DNA of 60,053 nucleotides, the filler included, from Candidatus Babelota bacterium (GTDB lineage: Bacteria; JAGOBX01), in NCBI GenBank assembly GCA_017999075.1. It is 7 parts of 7 records of this genome, joined end to end, with 100 filler letters (N's around TTAATTAATTAA, not from the genome) between each part and the next. Parts side by side here need not be neighbours in the genome. Positions count along the whole stretch, not along the records: positions 51,719 to 60,053 come from JAGOBX010000137.1; 6 more parts are not named here. One strand, given 5' to 3'. Shown here piece after piece: positions 51,719 to 60,053 of this stretch. The position numbers and the translations under genes were made by a program. Under the pieces are notes generated by a model that did not search any database, was not told the DNA's origin, and saw only the letters and a list, made by a program, of their open reading frames with translations. Numbering within the stretch: position 1 is the stretch's first letter; each line of letters opens with the position of its first letter.

Positions 51719-54268
51719 AATGCTATTGTAATCATATATTTTATTTGATACTTCTTCAAGCGCCTGAACAATATTTAAATTTTCAGTATTTTCCGCAACC
51801 AGTAATTTATCGACTATTCTGTTAAATTCAAATTTATCCGTAGAATTACTTAAAAACCGTTCGATCTTATTTCCAATCATTGACCATAAATCAAGTTTAT
51901 ATTTAAAATAATTTAATTTTCCAATTAAGTCATTTAAAAAAAGTTTTATATATTTGATTTCTTTTCTTAATTCCGGAGAATTATCAAGTATAACTATAAT
52001 ATTATTTATCGAATTATATTTTTCGGTATATTTTACAGATATTGGTCTGGCCATAAAATTTGTTCTGAATTCTATTGTTGAATCACGGTTAACAGTAGAA
52101 GCAAAATTGTGAAAATCTGTTATTTCAGGATCAGAAAACCTTGTAAATCCTTCAAATACTTCAAAATGATTTTCATTTATATTCATTATATTGTTTGAAT
52201 AAACATCTCTGATTTTAATATTTTCTATAATATGCGGAAACATTGATTTTGAATTAACGCTTAACACATCTATCACGTATTTGTCAGTTGTTTTATCATT
52301 AAATGCTAATGATACTATTGTATTGTTTTCAAAGTCAGCATAATAATACCTGTCTTTTTCTGATGCAATTCTATAACAGGCATTGGTTGTAAGAGACAAA
52401 TCAGGCATAACAAAAATTTCTTCAATTTTCTTTTGACCAATATTGTATGCCCATAACTTAACTGTATTTTTTTTATTGATTAAATATATATATCCTCCGC
52501 TAATTATCATTTTTTTTAATTTAAATTCATTGCTTATTACAACACTGTCAGACAAAATCCCTTTTTGATTGAATATATTTATTACATTTTCAGGCTCATT
52601 ATATATATATATGTTTGAACTGTCTGAAACAATATATTTTACTCCTGTAAGTATCTTATCCGGCCATATATTAACAGTAAATGTATCTCCAAAAGCAAAA
52701 CATTTTAAGATTTCATTATTGGTTTTTGATGCTGCTGTCATATTTTTTTCTGCAAATCTTACAGGCACTTGTTCACCAGCAGTTGTAAAAACAGAAACAG
52801 GCGTAGTTCTGCCCTGAAATTTTAAATAAATCAAATTATTGACTATTTCAAAACTCTCAAGTTTGTCATTGGTAAATAATTGAAAATTAATATCTTTCTG
52901 TTTCATGAGATTATTGTCAAGAATAATCATTCTGTTTATATTAGACAATAAAACAAATAATTTATTGTTGTGGAAATTTATATCAAGAACTTTATTTTTT
53001 TCAAGTTTATGCGCAGCCGTTATCTGGTTGTTGTCATATTTCAATATTTCATTGTTTGTCGCGTCATAAATATAATAAAAATCACCGGAAGAATCAGATT
53101 TTGAAACAACTGATACAGCTCCGATTGTCCGCCGTTTACCTATATCAAGAAGGGTTCCTTCATATTCTCCTGTGTTTTTGCCGAATACAGATATTACATT
53201 AGTATCTCCGGTTTCTAAAATATCGGTTACCAAAATATTTTCACCTAGAATGCTGATTGAACCCGGTTTACCTATATTTTTTTTACCGAGCATAAATTCT
53301 CCAAGTAAGTTTCCCGAATCGTCAAATTTAAAAATTTTACCTGCGCTGTCAAGAACAAATAATATGCCGTTATCAAATTTCAAGTCCACAGGATTGCTGA
53401 AATAATTTTTTTCGAAATTATCTATCCTTAAAAGTTCATTACCGGCGCTATTAACTTTAACTATTGATTTATTTCCTGAATCTATATAATAAATATTTTC
53501 TTTGGGATCAACGCTTATATTGGTTATTCCAAAAGGTTTTATCGGATTTTTAGACAATTCATATTTTTTTATCAATTGTAAGGTTAGGGAATTATATAAA
53601 TAAATACTATTATCTTTCATATCTGAAATATAAAGTTTCCCTTTGTTTTCCGCAATTCCATACGGAAAAACAAATCCGTTAAGTTTTTTTATCAGTTTAT
53701 AATTATTATCAAATACACAAACTGATTTGTCTCCAGATGATACTACATAAAATATATTATCTTTTACTGCGAAATTAATCGGTGAAACGAACTTCTTATC
53801 ATCATATTCAAGACTTTTTATAACGTTTATTTTTCTAACGTTAAACTTTCCTGAATTATCATTTCCAATCTCAAGATCTTTTCCTGACTTTAAATAATCT
53901 ATTCTGTTTTTAATGAATTGCGTTTCTTTAATTCTTTGAAGTATTTCAACTGATTTTTCATAATCTCCAAGCATATAATATGTTTGGGCAAGCCAGTAAT
54001 ACGCTTGATTTTCATAAGGAAAAGTTTCAATTGATTTTTCGAAAAATCTTATTGCAGAACCAAAATCTTTAGAATTATATTGTTTGAACCCTTCGTAAAA
54101 TTCATTACGTGCAGTCATAATTTGTTTGGTGGTTAATATCTCGCTGTAAACATACGGTTCAGTATCTGGTATTATTATCCCGTTAAAATTAATGGACATA
54201 CCTGGCGAATTAAAAAAAATCAATACCGCAACAACTAATTGCAGACAAATAATTATTCTGCGTTTCAT
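51719..54268 (-). CDS. secreted TPR + NHL/beta-propeller repeat protein, probable vWA start (3' truncated)
   Basis: signal peptide, TPR AYYWLAQTYY, NHL-like FVFPYGIA/FSNPVDL and IIVILDNS. Confidence 0.7.
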
Positions 54269-54314
54269 TGAATTTACCTCTGAACGCTAAATTTTTAAAG
54301 TTCTTAATTCTCTG

Positions 54315-56243
54315 TTAAAAATCTTCTATTTTAAAAAAATTTCCAAGAGAATTATCTATATCTTCCTGATCTTTTAAATACGTCTGAAGCTCTTTTTTTT
54401 CCTGTTCTTTTAAATAATCAAGAACGCTTAAAGAAATTTTCTTTGTTTTATAATCTATAGAAGAAATATTTGCCGTTATTTCTTCATCCTGTTTAACTAC
54501 GTCTTCAGGCCCTTTAACATTTTTTTCTGTTAACTGAGAGATATGAATGAATCCTGTATATTCATCCGTAATTCTAACTATAACTCCAGCTTTTAATATT
54601 TTCAAAACCTTGCATTTAAATGTTTTATTTTTCTCGAGTTTTTTGATTTCATCCATCCATGGATCTTTTAAAGTATCCTTTATGCTTAGCACAATCTTGT
54701 TGGATTCTTCAATAACTTCAATGATTTTGACAATTATATTATTCCCTATCTTAAAATGTTTTTCAAGATTATCTATTTCGTTCCATCCAACTAATTTTCT
54801 CGGAACTATCCCCATCAACCCGTTCTGCAGTTGAACAATTAAAAAATTCGGTTTAATGTCTGAAATTATCCCTTCAACCGCTTCGGAATTGGCCATTTTT
54901 TCTTTTACAAACTGCCATGGATTAAGTTTTCTTTGTTTTAAACTCACTATTATATTTTTCTTTTCTCGTGAAAAATCAATAACCTTAACCGTAATTCCAT
55001 CGCCTATCTTAAAATTTTCTTTTTTATCTTTAATCCATGCAATCTCTCTTGAAGGTAAAAAAGCCATTATTCCTTCTTCTAATTTTATTGTTATTCCTTT
55101 CTGATCGATTTTAAAAATTTTTCCAAACACGCTTTTATCTTTTTGATATTTTGTTTCAGCTGTTTCCCAAGGATCAACAGTCAATTGTTTCACTCCAAGT
55201 CCGATTTTCTTTGTTTCCTTATCCATATCAAGAATCTTAACCTGGATTTCCTGGCCTGTCTTATATAATTGATTTATATCATCAACAAAACCCCAACTAA
55301 CATTGGTTATATGAAGAAAACCTGTTACTCCTCCTAATGAAATTACAGCTCCGAATTCCATTATTTTTTGGATATTGCCGGAAAGAATGTCTCCTGGTTT
55401 ATAACTGCTAAAAAAAATCTCGGCAGCTTTTTGTTCTTCTTCTTCAATCAATTGGCGCCGCGATAACGAAACTTTTTTCTTTTCCTTATCTATATCTGTA
55501 ATTTTAAATTCATAACTTTTATTCAAATATAATTCTGGTTTAGTGATTTTATGTTTTCCAAGCTGGGATATATGTAAAAAAGTCGGAATTCCAATATCAA
55601 CAATAAACCCGTTTTTAACTATTTCAATAATTTTTCCAGTAATAGGTTTGTTTTCCGCCTTCAATTCTTCAATTTTCTGCCATGCATAGATTTGTTTTCC
55701 TATTCTATAAGATAGTTCGAGGCCTCCTTCATCGCTTTCCATTCTCCTTATAAAAACCTTTATATCATCGCCTACTTTAGGAGGATTATTTTCAAATTCT
55801 TCAATACTTATCAATCCTTCAGACTTTGCGCCGATATCAACCAGAACATCTTCTTTGGTAACAAGAATAACTTTTCCTGTAACAACAGTCTTCTCTTTTA
55901 AATCTTTCAGGTTATCTTCAAAAAGCAAGGTAAATTCTTCATAATTAGAAATATTTTTTTTTTGTGCTTCATTAACCGAAACCGAAATATTTTTTTCTTC
56001 AGAATCAGGTTTATAAGCTTCAACATTTTCTTCTTTTTCAACAACATTATTCTGAAAATTATTTTCTTCGGAAATTTCATTTTCATTTTTCTTAGATGCC
56101 GTTTTATTAATAAAATCAGATTTTTCTGTATCGGTTTTTTTTGTTCCATCAGGATTATCTTCATTCATAAAATTAAACATCATACTTTTTCCGTTTTCTT
56201 CAAGCGAAGTAAAGGCGTTATTATCAATATTAGCATTGCTCAT
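54315..56243 (-). CDS. rpsA: 30S ribosomal protein S1
   Basis: VDIGAKSEGLI and six S1 repeats (FLHISQL, GFLHITNVSW, GFIHISQL). Confidence 0.9.
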   Translation of the reverse strand: MSNANIDNNAFTSLEENGKSMMFNFMNEDNPDGTKKTDTEKSDFINKTASKKNENEISEENNFQNNVVEKEENVEAYKPDSEEKNISVSVNEAQKKNISNYEEFTLLFEDNLKDLKEKTVVTGKVILVTKEDVLVDIGAKSEGLISIEEFENNPPKVGDDIKVFIRRMESDEGGLELSYRIGKQIYAWQKIEELKAENKPITGKIIEIVKNGFIVDIGIPTFLHISQLGKHKITKPELYLNKSYEFKITDIDKEKKKVSLSRRQLIEEEEQKAAEIFFSSYKPGDILSGNIQKIMEFGAVISLGGVTGFLHITNVSWGFVDDINQLYKTGQEIQVKILDMDKETKKIGLGVKQLTVDPWETAETKYQKDKSVFGKIFKIDQKGITIKLEEGIMAFLPSREIAWIKDKKENFKIGDGITVKVIDFSREKKNIIVSLKQRKLNPWQFVKEKMANSEAVEGIISDIKPNFLIVQLQNGLMGIVPRKLVGWNEIDNLEKHFKIGNNIIVKIIEVIEESNKIVLSIKDTLKDPWMDEIKKLEKNKTFKCKVLKILKAGVIVRITDEYTGFIHISQLTEKNVKGPEDVVKQDEEITANISSIDYKTKKISLSVLDYLKEQEKKELQTYLKDQEDIDNSLGNFFKIEDF

Positions 56244-56268
56244 TATAAAAACTCCCCATTATGTTAAA

Positions 56269-57153
56269 TTATTTATTATTATTATCAATTTTTTTAATTT
56301 TGTCAACTACATCTTCAATAATCCAGCCAGGAGTTGACGCTCCTGCCGTTATCCCTACAATTTTAACATTCTCAATCCATTCTTTTTTAAACTCATCAAA
56401 ATTTTCAATATGAACAGTATTTAAATTTATTTTCTTGCAAATCTGATACAATCTTGTGGTGTTAGCGCTGTTTTTCCCTCCGATTACTATAACTATATCA
56501 ACTCTTTTAGCCAAATCTGCGCTGCTGTTCTGTCTTTTTTCAGTTGCCTCGCAAATAGAATTATAAATTTTTAATTCTTTGTTTTTTTCTATCAGAGCTG
56601 AAATGCATTCTTTAAAATTATCAAGAGTCTGAGTGGTCTGAGCAACTACTCCTGCTTTATTTTGAAACTTTTCAATTTTTTTCACATCGTCAGCTTTTTC
56701 TATAACAATTACCTTTGACGTAAAAGTTTCAAGCAAGCTGTTTACTTCAGGATGATTTTTATCTCCAACTATTACAGCCTGATAATTTTCATTCAATAAT
56801 GATTCAATATAATCTTCAATTTTTTTCACAAAAGGACACGTAGAATTTATAACCTTCAATCCGAGACCTTCGGCGCGCTTAAGCGATTGCCTTGACACTC
56901 CATGAGATCTTATAATTAACACTGCATCTTTGATATCCGTTATTTCATCTATATTGTTAACTCTTATCGCTCCAAGATTTTCAAGTTCTTTAACTACGCT
57001 CGGATTATGTATTATATCACCCAGTATATAAACTTTTGTTTCCGGCTTCTTTTGTTTGAGAATATCATAAGCTGCAGTAACAGCCCTTTTTACTCCAAAA
57101 CAGAAACCGGAATTTTCAGCCACAAATATTTCCCGAGTATGAATATGACGCAT
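56269..57153 (-). CDS. ispH: 4-hydroxy-3-methylbut-2-enyl diphosphate reductase
   Basis: GFCFGVKRAV, IIHN, STCPFV, ICEAT and GITAGASTP. Confidence 0.96.
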   Translation of the reverse strand: MRHIHTREIFVAENSGFCFGVKRAVTAAYDILKQKKPETKVYILGDIIHNPSVVKELENLGAIRVNNIDEITDIKDAVLIIRSHGVSRQSLKRAEGLGLKVINSTCPFVKKIEDYIESLLNENYQAVIVGDKNHPEVNSLLETFTSKVIVIEKADDVKKIEKFQNKAGVVAQTTQTLDNFKECISALIEKNKELKIYNSICEATEKRQNSSADLAKRVDIVIVIGGKNSANTTRLYQICKKINLNTVHIENFDEFKKEWIENVKIVGITAGASTPGWIIEDVVDKIKKIDNNNK

Positions 57154-57206
57154 TATCTATATCTGCCTCATTTTTTCCAATATTTTTATACTTCATTTTA
57201 TAAAGA

Positions 57207-58028
57207 TTACATGAACTTAATAATTTCTTTTACAAGTGTTTCAAACTTTTGTTTTACAGCATTTGCGGTTTCCATAACTTCAGTATGCGTCAGAGCCTGA
57301 TCAAGTATTCCCGAAGCCATATTGGTTATACATGATATACCTAGTGTTCTCATACCTGCATGAGCCGCAGCTATTACTTCAGGAACTGTCGACATTCCTA
57401 CAGCATCAGAACCCCATTTTCTCATCATTTTAATTTCTGCAGGAGTTTCGTATGACGGACCCGCATTTCCGCAATATATTCCGCGCTTAACAGATATTCC
57501 CACCTTTCTGCTTAAACGTTCCGCAAGCTTAATATATTCCCGGTCATATGCAAAAGTCAAATCAGGAAAACGCGGACCGAGTTCATCTATATTGTCTCCT
57601 ATTAACGCATTGGTTCCTGTATTATTTATATGGTCAGTAATCAGCATCAGATCTCCGGGTTTAAATTTTTTGTTCACTCCGCCGGCCGCATTTGTAATAA
57701 TTAATTTTTCAACTCCTATAAGTTTTAATGTCCTTACTCCATAAGTTACTTCTTCAACAGAGTATCCTTCATAATAATGAAATCTTCCCTGCATTGCGCA
57801 TACAACTTTGTCAGACAATTTTCCTATTATCAGCTGTCCTTTATGACCGGCAATTTTAGACAATGGAAAATTAGGTATATCACTGTATTTCAATATAACT
57901 GAATCCTGAATTTCTTCACCGAGTCCTCCCAATCCTGAACCCAATATGAGTCCTATCTCAGGCGTTTCTTTAATAAACGGTTTTATATAATCAACCGTTT
58001 CTTTAAGTTTTTTCAAAACTTTATTCAT
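57207..58028 (-). CDS. punA: purine-nucleoside phosphorylase
   Basis: ILGSGLG, QGRFHYYEG, GPSYETPAE and AVGMSTVPE. Confidence 0.95.
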   Translation of the reverse strand: MNKVLKKLKETVDYIKPFIKETPEIGLILGSGLGGLGEEIQDSVILKYSDIPNFPLSKIAGHKGQLIIGKLSDKVVCAMQGRFHYYEGYSVEEVTYGVRTLKLIGVEKLIITNAAGGVNKKFKPGDLMLITDHINNTGTNALIGDNIDELGPRFPDLTFAYDREYIKLAERLSRKVGISVKRGIYCGNAGPSYETPAEIKMMRKWGSDAVGMSTVPEVIAAAHAGMRTLGISCITNMASGILDQALTHTEVMETANAVKQKFETLVKEIIKFM

Positions 58029-58115
58029 CTAATATATGGCCCCCTAAATATTTAAATATATTTTATTCATAAAAAAATGAAATATTATTTTCAACAATTA
58101 TACTATATTTTTAAT

Positions 58116-59573
58116 CTACTCAATATTTAAATTAATCTTTTTGATTTTCAACGGCAGTTTAACAAAAAAAGTGGTTCCTTTTCCTTCATCATTACTTTTA
58201 TACCATATTTGTCCGTTATGTCCTTTTTCAACTATATATTTCGTTATTGATAACCCAAGTCCAAGCCCTTCATTATGATAATTTATATCTCCGGCCTGTA
58301 AAAATTTTTTAAATACTTTTTCCTTATCAGTAAAATCGATTCCCATTCCATCATCTTTAATTTTCAGAAGTAAATTGTTATCTTCTATATCAGCTGATAT
58401 ATTTATATTACCTGCGCACTGCGTAAACTTGACTGCATTATCCAGAAGACACGCTAAAGCCATTTTCATCATATTATAATCATATTCTAAAACAATTTTA
58501 TCAATTTCCTTTGCTATATTATTTGTTAAAATTATACGTTTTTCATTTACTGCATTTTGTAATTCCAAAATAATTTCATCTATCAATTTTCTCAATCTGA
58601 AAGACGTGTATATAAAAGTATATTTTCCTGATTCCAGTTCTATAACCAGCAGAATTCTATTAATTATAAATTCCATTTTAGATGATTCGTCTGCAATTAT
58701 TTTTATGAAATCATTTTTTTCAGTTTCTTCCAATTCCATAGAATCAGACAGAAGCGTATCAGTATAAGCTTTAATCGAAGTAAGCGGAGTTCTAAGTTCA
58801 TGGGATATTAAATTCAAATAATCTGATTTCATCTTATCAGCTTCTTTCAATTCATCAAATGCCTTTTGAATTTTATCATATAACTCCGACACTAACCCGA
58901 GATTTTTCGTAAGTTCAATATTTTTCTGATCAAGTTCTGAAATTAAACTTGCGTTTTCGAGAGATATCAAAGCGGAATTACGAAGGACTCTAAGTATTGT
59001 TAACTCTTTGTTGTTTAAATCAGTTTTATTACGTTTTGGTCCTAACAAAAACAAAATTTTATTATTGTTTTTATTAGTTATCGGCATTATATATTTTATA
59101 TTTATTTTTTTTATTTCATTAAAAAAAACAGGCTGTTCAATTAAATCTATCGGAAGTTTGTCGTCAATCTCAAACAATTCATTTTTTTCATTTATCAAAC
59201 TCAACTCATCATTGTCAACAGGAATAATTTCCTTATTTAATGATGCAGCTGAAATTCCGAACATATTTTTAATTTTAAAATAATCCGGCGTTTCATTTTT
59301 ATCATACTCTACAAATACAAGAGGTTTAAACTGAAAATGTCCGAGTATAAAATAATATAATGTTTTTTTTATGTTTTCAGGATTCAATTGCTGTGAAAAT
59401 TCATTGGAAATGTCGAATATATTCAACAAATCCAATTCCTGTTTCATATTTTTTTCTTTTTCAAAATCAAAATTTTTTTTATATTTTTCAACGTCAATTT
59501 TAAGTTTGTACAGTAATATTTTAAGTTTTCTATTCTGCTCGTTCAATTCATCAATATCAGTTATTTTATCCAA
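58116..59573 (-). CDS. sensor histidine kinase (GAF-like + HisKA + HATPase)
   Basis: ISHELRTPLTSI, LLDNAVKFT, DDGMGI and GLGLGLSI. Confidence 0.92.
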   Translation of the reverse strand: MDKITDIDELNEQNRKLKILLYKLKIDVEKYKKNFDFEKEKNMKQELDLLNIFDISNEFSQQLNPENIKKTLYYFILGHFQFKPLVFVEYDKNETPDYFKIKNMFGISAASLNKEIIPVDNDELSLINEKNELFEIDDKLPIDLIEQPVFFNEIKKINIKYIMPITNKNNNKILFLLGPKRNKTDLNNKELTILRVLRNSALISLENASLISELDQKNIELTKNLGLVSELYDKIQKAFDELKEADKMKSDYLNLISHELRTPLTSIKAYTDTLLSDSMELEETEKNDFIKIIADESSKMEFIINRILLVIELESGKYTFIYTSFRLRKLIDEIILELQNAVNEKRIILTNNIAKEIDKIVLEYDYNMMKMALACLLDNAVKFTQCAGNINISADIEDNNLLLKIKDDGMGIDFTDKEKVFKKFLQAGDINYHNEGLGLGLSITKYIVEKGHNGQIWYKSNDEGKGTTFFVKLPLKIKKINLNIE

Positions 59574-59693
59574 TTTTTTCCCCTTAACATCCGTTAATTT
59601 ACGAAAGTTAATTTATAAAAAAACCTTAATAATTACAAAATTAATAAATATTATATTTTTCAAATATATTTAATCGAACAATACCGGCATTTA

Positions 59694-60053
59694 TTATTCT
59701 GCCTTAAAATATTTTGTCAGAATCAGCCTATTTCCAATTTCACGATCACGTTCATATTCAACTTTATCCATAAATTTTTTTATTATATATACTCCCAATC
59801 CCCGATTTTTTCTTGATTTAATATGTTCTTTCATATTAACATTCCCGAACTTTTCCATATCAAAACCTTCGCTGAAATCTGTTATCTGAATATTAATTTT
59901 CTGCATATCAACAAAAATTTTTATATAAATTTCTTCATCATTTTTTAATTTATACCCGTGTTCAATAATATTGGCCACAGCTTCATCGAGCACGAGAGTT
60001 ATCTGCATTACTATATCTTCAGAAAATTTATTAAGTTCGGATATATGTTTAAT
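59694..60053 (-). CDS. anti-sigma factor / RsbW-type Ser kinase (5' truncated)
   Basis: LVLDEAVANIIEHGY and RGLGVYIIKKFMD. Confidence 0.88.
   Translation of the reverse strand: MKHISELNKFSEDIVMQITLVLDEAVANIIEHGYKLKNDEEIYIKIFVDMQKINIQITDFSEGFDMEKFGNVNMKEHIKSRKNRGLGVYIIKKFMDKVEYERDREIGNRLILTKYFKAE

Noticed and set aside
1-60053. Integrase/recombinase for the cassette array
   Set aside because: No tyrosine- or serine-recombinase motifs were recognised in any ORF; it must lie outside the window if it exists.

Overview
AT-rich bacterial DNA, probably from a MAG. It consists of 7 unrelated ~8.5-kb contigs joined by N-runs carrying a TTAATTAATTAA linker (gaps ~8608-8706, 17285-17383, 25955-26053, 34572-34671, 43141-43240, 51619-51718). 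Contigs 2, 3, 4 and 7 are housekeeping: fliF/G/H/I, trpF, V-type ATPase, heptose genes rfaE1/rfaE2, rpsA, ispH, PNP and signalling genes. Contig 5 is a defence island: Avs-like STAND ATPase, type I HsdR, M48/YgjP and a patatin pseudogene. Contig 1 is an integron-like gene-cassette array whose six GC-rich palindromic sites are non-canonical. They have TATC...GATA cores instead of AAC...GTT, a 2-nt/5-nt spacer asymmetry and a three-hairpin centre, and each site's right flank pairs with the next site's left flank. The cargo includes a TA pair, a type II R-M system and a flagellin with a TolB-like beta-propeller insert plus its own sigma28 promoter. Contig 6 holds decayed copies of the same sites. 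It also holds a two-gene module: an ECF-type sigma factor with extra HTH domains, and a TPR-CHAT caspase-like protease whose N-terminus resembles a catalytically dead RAYT/Y1 HUH transposase. No integrase is visible in the window.
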